Shown here: piece by piece, positions 8,350 to 16,886 of the stretch
Layout of the letters: each line of letters opens with the position of its first letter
How positions within the stretch are numbered: the first letter of the stretch is position 1
Source of the DNA: an uncultured bacterium
Lineage (GTDB): Bacteria > Actinomycetota > Actinomycetes > S36-B12
Assembly (NCBI GenBank): GCA_903940375.1
Contig: CAJAKT010000314.1
Location: 1-34,071, forward strand
Direction: 5' to 3'
Length of the DNA stretch: 34,071 nt
Made by a program: the position numbers and the translations under genes
The notes under the pieces: model-generated
Told to the model about the DNA's origin: nothing
The model's input: the letters and a program-made list of their open reading frames with translations, nothing else
Database searches by the model: none

Positions 8350-8409
8350 GGCACATCCCTGTGCCTTTTGCGGACCTCCCAATAGTCCACCATAGTATGG
8401 CTAGGCACA
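8350..8409. promoter_or_regulatory. Lower-GC divergent promoter with inverted repeats (candidate HxlR operator)
   Basis: ggcaca (8350-8355), tgtgcc (8360-8365) and ggcaca (8404-8409), plus the palindrome ccata-g-tatgg (8390-8400), lie between the divergent HxlR and DoxX genes. Confidence 0.4.
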
Positions 8410-8445
8410 AGTAGTAACCATTGATCAAACCACTCAAGGAGTCCG

Positions 8446-8796
8446 ATGTCCGTCGCCCTGATCGTCCTCGCCACCCTGCTCGGCCTCGCCGCTGCCGGCT
8501 CGGCCTTCGGCAAGCTGAAGCGGGTGCCGGCCGTCGTCGAGTCCATGCACGCGGTCGGCGTCAGCGACGGGCAGATGCGCATCCTCGCCGCCCTCGAACT
8601 CCTCGGCGCGGCCGGCCTGCTCGTCGGCATCTGGGTCCCGTTCATCGGCATCGCCGCAGCAGCCTGCCTGGCGCTCTACTTCCTCGGCGCGGTCATCGCG
8701 CACATCCGCTCGGCCGAGCCTGCGAAGACCGCAGCCGCCCCGGCCCTGCTGATGGTCCTCGCCATCGCAACCACCGCCCTCGAACTGGCCCGCTAG
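8446..8796 (+). CDS. DoxX-family membrane protein
   Basis: 116 aa with four hydrophobic helices. The pattern (GKLKRVPAVVESMHAVGV...LELLGAAGLLVG...YFLGAVIAHIR) is typical of small DoxX-like proteins. AAGGAG lies 5 nt upstream of the ATG. Confidence 0.85.
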   Translation: MSVALIVLATLLGLAAAGSAFGKLKRVPAVVESMHAVGVSDGQMRILAALELLGAAGLLVGIWVPFIGIAAAACLALYFLGAVIAHIRSAEPAKTAAAPALLMVLAIATTALELAR

Positions 8797-8798
8797 CC

Positions 8799-9185
8799 AT
8801 GGCCGCCTTCACTGACGCGGAGATCGCGTACCTGCGCTCCCAGCCGCTGATGCGCTTCGCCACCGCCTCACTCTCCGGGCGGCCCGACGTCGCCCCCGTC
8901 GTCTTCGAACTCGATGGCGACGACATCGTCACCGCCGGCTTCGATATCGCTAAGACCGTGCGCTACAAGAACGTTCAGGCGAACCCACGTGCCACCGTCG
9001 TCATCGACGACCTCGCCTCGACCAATCCGTGGTCACCCCGCGGAATCAAGGTGATCGGCTCGTGCATCGTCGAGAGCCATGGTGGCGGAGAGCGATTCCG
9101 CATCACCCCGGAAGTGATCATTAGCTGGGCGATCAACGACACGTCTCCGGGGATCCCGGCGATGGAGCGACGAACGGTCGGCTAG
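8799..9185 (+). CDS. PPOX-class (pyridoxamine-5'-phosphate-oxidase fold) probable F420/FMN-dependent oxidoreductase
   Basis: MAAFTDAEIAYLRSQPLMRFATASLSGRPDVAPVVFELDGDDIV...RYKNVQANPRATVVIDD is a split-barrel flavin-binding pattern. The start is 3 nt after the DoxX stop. Confidence 0.8.
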   Translation: MAAFTDAEIAYLRSQPLMRFATASLSGRPDVAPVVFELDGDDIVTAGFDIAKTVRYKNVQANPRATVVIDDLASTNPWSPRGIKVIGSCIVESHGGGERFRITPEVIISWAINDTSPGIPAMERRTVG

Positions 9186-9910
9186 GCCGACACCTCGTCA
9201 TCGCGAACCGACTCGAGCCACAGCCAGCGTGCATAGAGCACGACAGCGAAGATGGCGAAGAACCACCACTGGAACGCGTAGAAGAAGTTCTGAAGCGGGA
9301 AGGCCACGTCGCCCGTCTGTGCGGTAGCCAGCACCGGAACGGGTGCGGGCGACGACGACGGCGCCTGCGCCGTCAGCGCGATGTATCCGGGCACGACCTC
9401 GACACCCCATGCCGACGCGAGCCGGCCGGACGCGATTGACGCAACGACGCCGTCAGCCACGGCCGCATCCGTATAGAACTGCTCGTCCGGTTGCAGTACT
9501 CCCGAGACCGTGACGGCACCGGCCGGCGGCTCGGCACCGGGACTGTCGGACGTCGGCAGCGATCCCCGCAGCACGGCCACGACTCTGCCGTCTGCCAGTT
9601 GCAGTCCCGTCACGATCCACACACCGAGCCCGCCTTGGTGCTCCCGGTTGCTGACAGCCACCTGCATCGATGAGACGAATTCACCCGACGCCGTCACGGG
9701 TCGGCCGATGATCTCGTTCGGCAGTTCGGCGGAACCGGCAGGCAGGACCTCCTCGACGGGAATCGCCTGCGAGGCCGACGCACGCTCAGCCGCCAGGATG
9801 TCCTGCGTTCGGTCCCATTGCCAACGTCCAAGCACGATGGCAGCCGCAATGAGCAGCAGCAGCACCAGCGCCGCGACGATCCCGCGCCCGCTCAGCGCCA
9901 CGCGCAGCAT
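9182..9910 (-). CDS. SURF1-family protein (cytochrome oxidase assembly)
   Basis: N-terminal TM plus GRWQWDR, and a C-terminal TM with YAFQWWFFA, the two hallmark SURF1 segments. I chose ATG 9910 (MLRVALSG...), just downstream of the preceding gene's stop. The track start 9991 overlaps that gene. Confidence 0.8.
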   Translation of the reverse strand: MLRVALSGRGIVAALVLLLLIAAAIVLGRWQWDRTQDILAAERASASQAIPVEEVLPAGSAELPNEIIGRPVTASGEFVSSMQVAVSNREHQGGLGVWIVTGLQLADGRVVAVLRGSLPTSDSPGAEPPAGAVTVSGVLQPDEQFYTDAAVADGVVASIASGRLASAWGVEVVPGYIALTAQAPSSSPAPVPVLATAQTGDVAFPLQNFFYAFQWWFFAIFAVVLYARWLWLESVRDDEVSA

Positions 9911-9914
9911 CGCC

Positions 9915-10217
9915 TTACTCCTGGGCGGTGTCATCCGCGCCGGGTGCACTGCCCGCAGCCTTGCGCTCGGCCTCACCGCGCGCGATCGCATCCTGGATGA
10001 CCTGTCGATCCTGGGCCTGCTCGATGCTGTCGCGGCCAGGCGGCAGGTTCGGATCGATCTTCTTCATCTGCTTCGACAGGGACTTCCACAGGAAGTACAT
10101 CGCGATACCGATAGCGACGACGAATGCCATCGCGATCGGACCAGCGTCGTCGATGAGGGACCTCTGCTGATCGGGGTCGGTGGTCTCGGCAAGCACCCGG
10201 GCAACGATGGTGATCAT
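9915..10217 (-). CDS. Small single-pass membrane protein, function unknown
   Basis: 100 aa with one TM (GPIAMAFVVAIGIAMYFLW) and a charged C-terminal tail. The ATG overlaps the mca stop (ATGA), which suggests coupling. Confidence 0.6.
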   Translation of the reverse strand: MITIVARVLAETTDPDQQRSLIDDAGPIAMAFVVAIGIAMYFLWKSLSKQMKKIDPNLPPGRDSIEQAQDRQVIQDAIARGEAERKAAGSAPGADDTAQE

Positions 10218-11092
10218 GATGCGTCCTCGCGTAGGCCGGCGAACAGATCGTCCTCCGGCACGGTGGTCTCGACCCGCGTGCGGGCGAGCTGGAAGTCCTC
10301 CGTCGGCCACACCTCGCGCTGGAACGCCAACGGAACCGCGAACCACATGCTGTCGGGGTCGATCTGAGTTCGGTGCTGGATCAGGGCACGGTCGCGGTCC
10401 TCGAACCAGTCGGCCGCAATCACGCGCGTCGTGACGACGTTCGCATCGTCGGGCCGGTCTTCCCAGTTGGTGAGCCAGTCGTGGTACGGGGAGTCGAGGT
10501 CGGCATCGACCATCGCCAAGTGCAGGGCCTCGACCCGCGCCTTGGTGAACTGCTGGTTGTAGTAGACCTTCAGGACGTCCCACGGCTCTCCACCCAGCCC
10601 GGGGAATCTCGCCGGATCGGCCGCAGCGTCGATCGCTGCCATCGTCGTCTCGTGGGTGCGAATGTGGTCGGGGTGCGGGTACCCGCCGTTCTCGTCGTAG
10701 GTCGTGACGACCTGCGGCCGGAACTCGCGGATCAGTGCCACGAGCGGCTCGATCGTCGCCTCGACCGGAAGGTCCGCGAAGCACCCCGCCGGCAGCGGCG
10801 GGAGCGGATCACCCTCGGGGTATCCGGAGTCCTCGAAACCCAGCCACGCGTGCCGGACCCCCAGCACGGCGGCCGCCGCCGCCATCTCCTCACGGCGAAC
10901 GGCCAGCAGGCCCCGCTCATCCACATCCGCCTGAGCAGCGGCGTTGAGGACGTCGCCGCGCTCTCCCCCGGTGCAGGTGACGACCATGACGTCGACGCCC
11001 TCGGATACGTACTTCGCCATCGCAGCCGCGCCCTTGCTGGACTCGTCGTCCGGGTGGGCGTGCACGGCCATCAGTCGAAGGGGGCTGGTCAC
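10214..11092 (-). CDS. mca: Mycothiol S-conjugate amidase (LmbE/MshB-Mca family)
   Basis: LRLMAVHAHPDDESSKGAA...VVTCTGGERGDVLN...TTYDENGGYPHPDHIRTHE closely tracks my memory of M. tuberculosis Mca (Rv1082). GTG 11092 is preceded by GGAGA. An alternative ATG is at 11071. Distinguishing MshB from Mca needs an alignment. Confidence 0.85.
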   Translation of the reverse strand: MTSPLRLMAVHAHPDDESSKGAAAMAKYVSEGVDVMVVTCTGGERGDVLNAAAQADVDERGLLAVRREEMAAAAAVLGVRHAWLGFEDSGYPEGDPLPPLPAGCFADLPVEATIEPLVALIREFRPQVVTTYDENGGYPHPDHIRTHETTMAAIDAAADPARFPGLGGEPWDVLKVYYNQQFTKARVEALHLAMVDADLDSPYHDWLTNWEDRPDDANVVTTRVIAADWFEDRDRALIQHRTQIDPDSMWFAVPLAFQREVWPTEDFQLARTRVETTVPEDDLFAGLREDAS

Positions 11093-11149
11093 GGGGATAG
11101 TCTCCACCACGTGCCCACACCATTCACCCGGGACCAGCTCAGCCCCGCA

Positions 11150-11581
11150 ATGCAGGAGCGATACGGGCTCAATCGACGACCGGTGGGTCGCTGGATCGGC
11201 GTGACCATCCTCACCATCGCCTTCGTGGCCGCCCTTGGCTACGTCTTCGTCGGACTCACCCGCAGCTCCGTCGAGGCGCGCCTCGTGACCTGGGACGACG
11301 TGGCTGCGGATCGCGTCAATATCACCTTCCAGGCACGACGCCAGGCCACCGATGAACTGCACTGCGTCCTCCGGGCCCAGGACGAGAAGCGCAACGACGT
11401 CGGCTACGCGACAGTCATCGTTCCTCCCGGCGAGCCCGAGATCGTCGTCGACTACTCCCTGCGCACGCTGGCTCCCGCCTACACCGCCGAGTTGCTCGGC
11501 TGCGCCGCCGGCGGGCCGCCGAATGTTGCCGCACCCGCATTCCCGCCCGGCGTCGTTCCGCCTGCTCAGCCCTTCTCCTGA
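11150..11581 (+). CDS. DUF4307-type membrane-anchored protein (Rv1081c-like position)
   Basis: MQERYGLNRR + TM (WIGVTILTIAFVAALGYVFV) + soluble domain. It is divergent from mca and upstream of greA, as in mycobacteria. The start choice is uncertain. Confidence 0.7.
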   Translation: MQERYGLNRRPVGRWIGVTILTIAFVAALGYVFVGLTRSSVEARLVTWDDVAADRVNITFQARRQATDELHCVLRAQDEKRNDVGYATVIVPPGEPEIVVDYSLRTLAPAYTAELLGCAAGGPPNVAAPAFPPGVVPPAQPFS

Positions 11582-11623
11582 CGAGCACTCGCGCTTGAGC
11601 GCCGTTGGACGTACCGTCATCGG

Positions 11624-13048
11624 GTGACGTCACTCGCGCCCCCGATTCCTGCCCACCTCCCCACCGACCTCGCGGCCCTGCGCGCGTCCGGCTACCAAGC
11701 CAGAAGTGTCAAGGCCGAAATACGCGCGAATCTCATCGACCGCCTGCGCGGCGGGCAGCCATCGTTCCCCGGGATCGTCGGCTTCGAGGACACGGTGGGT
11801 CCGCAACTCGAACGCGCACTGCTCGCCGGGCACGATGTCGTGCTCCTCGGTGAGCGCGGGCAGGGAAAGACGCGCCTCATCCGTTCACTGGCCGCGCTCC
11901 TGGACGAGTGGATTCCCGTCGTCGACGGTTGCGAGATCAATGACGACCCGACGGCCCCGATCTGTGCCCGCTGCCGCAGGCTCGCCAGCGAGCAGGACGA
12001 CCGGCTGGCCGTCACCTGGCGGCACCGGAGCGAGCGTTTCGGCGAGAAGCTCGCCACCCCCGACACGTCCGTCGGCGACCTGGTCGGCGACGTCGATCCC
12101 GTGAAGGTCGCGGAGGGCCGCAGCCTGGGCGACAGCGAGACGATCCACTACGGGCTCGTGCCCCGCACCAATCGGGGGATCTTCGCGATCAATGAGCTTC
12201 CCGACCTGGCTGAGCGCATTCAGGTCGCCCTGCTCAACGTTCTCGAGGAACGCGATATCCAGGTGCGTGGCTACCAGTTGCGCCTTCCGCTCGACCTGCT
12301 CGTCGTCGCAAGCGCGAATCCCGAGGACTACACCAACCGCGGTCGCATCATCACGCCGTTGAAGGATCGCTTCGGTGCTGAGATCCGCACGCACTACCCC
12401 GTCAGCCTCGATGCAGAGACGGAACTCATCCGGCAGGAGGCGAACATCGAGGCCATCGTCCCGAACCACCTCCTCGATGTCGTCGCTCGTTTCACCCGCG
12501 AGGTCCGCGAGTCCCCCGCGGTCGACCAGCGCAGTGGCGTCTCCGCTCGGTTTGCGATCGCCTGCGTCGAGGCCCTCTCCGGTGCCGCGGTGCGACGCGC
12601 GGCCCTGAGCGGCGAGGACGATCCGGTCGCGCGCATCGGCGACCTCGCCGGCGTCGTACCGACTCTGCGCGGCAAGGTCGAGTTCGATGTCAGCGAGGAA
12701 GGGCAGGAGGAGGAGACCCTGCAGCTCCTGGCCCGTCGAGCGTCAGCCGAGACATGGCGCACGTATCTGGGCGGCGGTGATGCACGTCCGGTCCTCACCG
12801 CGCTCGTGGCCTGGTTCGACGAGGGGAACTCCCTCCTGGCTGGCGATGCCATCCCGGCAACGGCCCTCCTCGACGAACTCGGCCCGCTCGACGGACTCGG
12901 TCGGCTCGTCAGCAGCCTCGAGCCCGGCATGGCCGAGTCCCCCGGCCTCGTGGCGGCCTGCGTGGAGTTCGCCGTCGAGGGGCTATGGCTGACCCGCCGC
13001 ATCGACAAGGACTCGATCGGTGGCGTCAGTCGATACGGAGCCTCATGA
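11624..13048 (+). CDS. AAA+ ATPase of the Mg-chelatase I-subunit (BchI/ChlI-like) clade
   Basis: FPGIVGFEDTV, Walker A GERGQGKT, a Cys-bearing insert (VVDGCEINDDPTAPICARC), Walker B region RGIFAINELPDL, then VVASANPED and PLKDRFG. The order and spacing are as in BchI/ChlI. Confidence 0.88.
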   Translation: MTSLAPPIPAHLPTDLAALRASGYQARSVKAEIRANLIDRLRGGQPSFPGIVGFEDTVGPQLERALLAGHDVVLLGERGQGKTRLIRSLAALLDEWIPVVDGCEINDDPTAPICARCRRLASEQDDRLAVTWRHRSERFGEKLATPDTSVGDLVGDVDPVKVAEGRSLGDSETIHYGLVPRTNRGIFAINELPDLAERIQVALLNVLEERDIQVRGYQLRLPLDLLVVASANPEDYTNRGRIITPLKDRFGAEIRTHYPVSLDAETELIRQEANIEAIVPNHLLDVVARFTREVRESPAVDQRSGVSARFAIACVEALSGAAVRRAALSGEDDPVARIGDLAGVVPTLRGKVEFDVSEEGQEEETLQLLARRASAETWRTYLGGGDARPVLTALVAWFDEGNSLLAGDAIPATALLDELGPLDGLGRLVSSLEPGMAESPGLVAACVEFAVEGLWLTRRIDKDSIGGVSRYGAS

Positions 13049-14991
13049 CCGGTTTTCGCTATGGAGCCTTCCACGGCGGCCCTGACCCCCTCGCCGCACC
13101 GCCCGATGTCGGGGTGGGTGTCGACGATCTCGCCCAGCGAATCCTCGGCGGTCAGCCAGTCGCCGAGGCATTGCGTGATCTCATGCGCGAGGGGATGCAG
13201 GGACGACGCGGTTTGCAGGACATGGCGCAGCGAATCCGCGAGCGCCGACGCGAGCTTGAGAAGTCCGGGCGCATGGACGGATTGCTGGAGGACCTGCGCG
13301 AACTTCTGGACGCGGCGGTCGAGGCCGAGCGTGCCGCGCTGTTCCCTGATCCATCGGATGACGCCCGCTTCCGGGAGGCCGTCCTCGACAACGTCCCCGA
13401 CGACATCGGACGCGCCGTGCAGGAATTGTCGTCCTACGACTGGCGGTCCGAGGAAGCGCGCGGATTGTTCGACCAGATTCGCGAGCGACTGCAACGCGAT
13501 GTCGTCGACCAGCAGTTCCGCGACCTGACGAAGGGCATCGACAGCATGTCGTCGCCCGAGAGCCGGGCGGCACTGAAGGAGATGATGGCCGACCTCAATG
13601 CCCTGCTAGACAAGCACCAGCGCGGCGAAGACGTGGCCGACGACTACAAGGAATTCATCGACAAGCACCGCGACTTCTTCCCCGATGCACCGGAGACAAT
13701 CGAGGAGTTCATCGACGAACTGGCTCGCCGGTCGGCGGCCATGCAGCGCATGCTGGACTCGATGAGCCCTGAGCAGCGCGCGGAACTGCAGTCGGCGATG
13801 GATCAGGCACTGACGGACCTGGACCTGCAGAACGAGATGGCCTCACTGCAGGAGAGCCTGCGCGCCCTTCGCCCCGAGTTCAGCGGCGGACGCTCGTCGA
13901 TGGATGGTGAGCGACGTCTCGGACTGCCCGAGGCAACAGATGCCCTTGCTGAGCTGGCGGATCTGGAGGGCCTCTCCGATGCGCTGGGCGACGGCTTTGC
14001 TCGCGCTGACCTCGACGACATCGACGAGGACGCCGTCGAGCGAGCCCTTGGCCGGCAGGCACGCGACGACCTGGAGGCGCTCCGGACCCTGCAGCGGGAG
14101 CTTGAGCGACAGGGCTACCTCGTCAACGACGGCGAGGATCTGCAGCTGACACCGAAGGCCATCCGCCGAATCGGCCGGACCGCGCTCCGGACCGTGTTCG
14201 ACTCACTCGACGGCACCACGCGCGGAACGCACGCCATCCGACGATCAGGCGCGGCGGGGGAACTCACAGGCACGACGCGGGCCTGGACGTTCGGTGATGA
14301 GCAGCCCGTCGATGTCGTCCGCACTCTCCGCAACGCCGTGTCTCGTCGCATGATCGGTGCAGACGACGAGGCGCGCCTGCATGCCGACGACTTCGAGGTG
14401 CACGAGACCGAGACCATGACGCGCGCAGCCGTCGCACTGCTGATCGACCAGTCGTACTCCATGGTCGTGAACGACACGTGGCGCGAGGCGAAGACGATGG
14501 CGCTCGCCCTGCACACGCTCGCAGCCACGGCCTACCCCCTGGACGCCTTCCAGATCATCTCCTTCGCCAACGTGGCACGCGTCGTGCATCCGCACGAGCT
14601 GCCGAACCTGGAGGCGAGCTACGTCCAGGGGACGAACCTGCAGCATGCGCTGATGCTGGCGGGCCAGTTCCTCGATCGACATCCGGGATCGCAGCGCATC
14701 GTCATGGTCGTCACCGATGGCGAGCCGACGGCGCACCTGCTGTCGAACGGCGAGGGCTGGTTCACCTGGCCCCCGTCCCAGGAGACGATCACCGAGACGG
14801 TGGCCCAGGTCGACCGGATGACGCGCAGACGCGTACCGAACTCCTGGTTCCGACTCGGCGACGACCCCGGCCTGGCTCGATTCCTGGACGGGATGGCCCG
14901 TCGCAATGGGGGCCGGGTCCTTGAGGTGGCCGGTGACCGACTCGGTGACTATGTCGTCACCGACTACGTCCGTGCCCGTCGCTCCCGCTGA
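13045..14991 (+). CDS. VWA-domain protein with a long acidic helical N-terminal region (BchD C-terminal-like partner of the AAA+)
   Basis: ATG 13045 overlaps the AAA+ stop (ATGA). An intact MIDAS is present: DQSYS (14446-14460) plus VVTDGEPT. It is preceded by about 300 aa of E/D/R-rich helical sequence. Confidence 0.88.
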   Translation: MTGFRYGAFHGGPDPLAAPPDVGVGVDDLAQRILGGQPVAEALRDLMREGMQGRRGLQDMAQRIRERRRELEKSGRMDGLLEDLRELLDAAVEAERAALFPDPSDDARFREAVLDNVPDDIGRAVQELSSYDWRSEEARGLFDQIRERLQRDVVDQQFRDLTKGIDSMSSPESRAALKEMMADLNALLDKHQRGEDVADDYKEFIDKHRDFFPDAPETIEEFIDELARRSAAMQRMLDSMSPEQRAELQSAMDQALTDLDLQNEMASLQESLRALRPEFSGGRSSMDGERRLGLPEATDALAELADLEGLSDALGDGFARADLDDIDEDAVERALGRQARDDLEALRTLQRELERQGYLVNDGEDLQLTPKAIRRIGRTALRTVFDSLDGTTRGTHAIRRSGAAGELTGTTRAWTFGDEQPVDVVRTLRNAVSRRMIGADDEARLHADDFEVHETETMTRAAVALLIDQSYSMVVNDTWREAKTMALALHTLAATAYPLDAFQIISFANVARVVHPHELPNLEASYVQGTNLQHALMLAGQFLDRHPGSQRIVMVVTDGEPTAHLLSNGEGWFTWPPSQETITETVAQVDRMTRRRVPNSWFRLGDDPGLARFLDGMARRNGGRVLEVAGDRLGDYVVTDYVRARRSR

Positions 14992-15010
14992 ACGGTTAGC
15001 CTTCCCCCTT

Positions 15011-15502
15011 ATGAGCGAGCATCCCATCACGTGGCTGACCCAAGAGGCATTCGACCGTCTGCAGGCGGAACTCGCCGATCGCATGGGTCCGACGCGCAAT
15101 GAGATCAAGAAGCGCATCGAGGCGGCCCGCGAGGAGGGCGACCTCAAGGAGAACGGCGGCTACCACGCGGCACGTGAGGAGCAGGGCAAGAACGAGGCCC
15201 GGGTCCGCCAGCTCAAGCAGCTGCTCGAGCACTCCCGTGTGGGTGTGCCGGACTCCGAGCATGACGAGGTGGCCGCCGGCAAGGTCGTGACCGTGCGCTT
15301 CCCGGCCTGGGACGAGGAGGAGACCTTCCTGCTGGGCTCTCGCGAGGAGGCCGCGCATGCCTCGATCGAGGTCTACTCGCCCACGTCACCGCTCGGGGCC
15401 GCCGTCAACGGCAAGCGCGTCGGCGACACTGCGACGTACGTCCTGGCCAATGGCAAGGAGATGTCCGTCGACATCCTCAAGGTCGAGGCCTACGGCTCCT
15501 GA
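15011..15502 (+). CDS. greA: Transcription elongation factor GreA
   Basis: ITWLTQEAFDRLQAEL...EEGDLKENGGYHAAREEQGKNEARVRQL...EVYSPTSPLGAAV is near-canonical GreA. Confidence 0.95.
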   Translation: MSEHPITWLTQEAFDRLQAELADRMGPTRNEIKKRIEAAREEGDLKENGGYHAAREEQGKNEARVRQLKQLLEHSRVGVPDSEHDEVAAGKVVTVRFPAWDEEETFLLGSREEAAHASIEVYSPTSPLGAAVNGKRVGDTATYVLANGKEMSVDILKVEAYGS

Positions 15503-15516
15503 CCCAAACCCCCCTT

Positions 15517-15605
15517 CCGTTTCTCCCGCAATGCGGGAGAGATGGCGAGGAATCGCCGGAACGCCGGGCTTTCTGGCCGTTTGTCCCGCATTGCGGGAGA
15601 AACGG
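15517..15605. repeat. Two copies of an approximately 29-nt palindromic (hairpin) element exactly 60 bp apart, between convergent greA and ilvA
   Basis: Copy 1 (15517-15545) is ccgtttctcccgc-aat-gcgggagagatgg. Copy 2 (15577-15605) is ccgtttgtcccgc-att-gcgggagaaacgg. Each folds into an approximately 13-bp stem with a 3-nt loop. They show 25/29 identity read directly and 26/29 read inverted. Confidence 0.7.
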
Positions 15606-15625
15606 ATCGGCGGGGTGGGTGCTGG

Positions 15626-16858
15626 CTAGGGGGCCTGGGGGTCGGGGGAAAGCACCTGGTAACCGCCATCGGCCAGATGCGCCAGCAGTGACGCGCAGTG
15701 CTCCGGCCCGCGGGTCTCGACGTGCACCACGATGTCGACCTCATCGACGCGCAGCCCGGCATCAACCCGATTGTGCTCGACATCGACGACATTGGCATGC
15801 ATGGCCTGGATGTCATTCAGCAGCCGTGCCAGCGAACCGGGTCGGTCGGGCATGCGCACCACGAGCGTCAGGTAGCGGCCCGCCGATGCCAGGCCGTATC
15901 GGATGATCCGCAGCAGCACGAGAGAGTCGACGTTGCCGCCGGACAGCACCACGGCAACCGGCGGTGCGAATGCCTCCGGGTCGGCGAGCACCGCAGCGGC
16001 CGCAGCCGCCCCCGCAGGCTCGACGACGAGCTTCGCCCGCTCGAGCAGCAGCAGCACGGCGCGCGAGATCTGCTCCTCGCTGACCGTGACGATCTCGTCG
16101 ACGTATTCCTGCACGAGTGCGAACGGCACATCACCGGGGCGGCCGACCGCGATGCCATCGGCCATCGTCGACATCGACGCCAGTGGAACCGGGTGTCCCG
16201 AAGCAAGCGACGGCGGGTACGCAGCGGCACTCTCAGCCTGGACTCCCACAACGCGCACCGTGGGGTCAATCGACTTGACCGCGAGTGCGACCCCCGCGAG
16301 AAGGCCGCCGCCTCCCGTGCACACCACCACTGTCCGAACGCCCGGCAGCTTCTCCATGATCTCGAGTCCGAGCGTGCCCTGACCCGAGATCACATCGGCG
16401 TGGTCGAACGGATGGATGAGCACCGCGCCGGTCTCGCGTGAGAACTCCAGCGCCGCTTCAAGCGCCTGATCGATGGAGTCCCCGTGGAATCGCACGTCGG
16501 CGCCGTAGCCGAGGGTCGCCTGCACCTTGGGAATCGTCGCCCCATCCGGCATGAACACGGTCGCGTGGACCCCGAGTAGCTGGGCCGCAACCGCGACCCC
16601 CTGCGCGTGATTGCCGGCGCTCGCCGCCACCACACCCCGCGCACGTTCCTCGCCCGTCAGTCGCGAGATGCGGTTGTACGCGCCACGGATCTTGAAGGAG
16701 CCGGCGCGCTGCAGGTTCTCGGTCACCAGCCGCACCTCGCCGCCGACGAGTCGCTCAAGCCACTGCGCGCCAGCGAGGGGCAGCGTCCGGATCACCCCAT
16801 CGAGGTTCTCGGCGGCCGCCTCCATGCTGGCGAGCGTCACGTCAGTGGATTCGGGCAC
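15626..16858 (-). CDS. ilvA: Threonine ammonia-lyase (threonine dehydratase) with C-terminal ACT-like regulatory domain
   Basis: PLP lysine motif AGSFKIRGAYN, glycine loop VCTGGGGLLAG, and a C-terminal regulatory domain of about 80 aa. Confidence 0.92.
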   Translation of the reverse strand: MPESTDVTLASMEAAAENLDGVIRTLPLAGAQWLERLVGGEVRLVTENLQRAGSFKIRGAYNRISRLTGEERARGVVAASAGNHAQGVAVAAQLLGVHATVFMPDGATIPKVQATLGYGADVRFHGDSIDQALEAALEFSRETGAVLIHPFDHADVISGQGTLGLEIMEKLPGVRTVVVCTGGGGLLAGVALAVKSIDPTVRVVGVQAESAAAYPPSLASGHPVPLASMSTMADGIAVGRPGDVPFALVQEYVDEIVTVSEEQISRAVLLLLERAKLVVEPAGAAAAAAVLADPEAFAPPVAVVLSGGNVDSLVLLRIIRYGLASAGRYLTLVVRMPDRPGSLARLLNDIQAMHANVVDVEHNRVDAGLRVDEVDIVVHVETRGPEHCASLLAHLADGGYQVLSPDPQAP

Positions 16859-16886
16859 CGGATCATCCTGTCACCAGCAGTGCGCC

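Noticed and set aside
10373-11620. Long mutually overlapping extensions of the mca ORF (to 11620) and of the DUF4307 ORF (from 10373)
   Set aside because: Each extension is antisense to the other gene's well-supported coding region. Homology-like sequence starts at VTSPLRLMAVHAHPDDE (11092) and MQERYG (11150).
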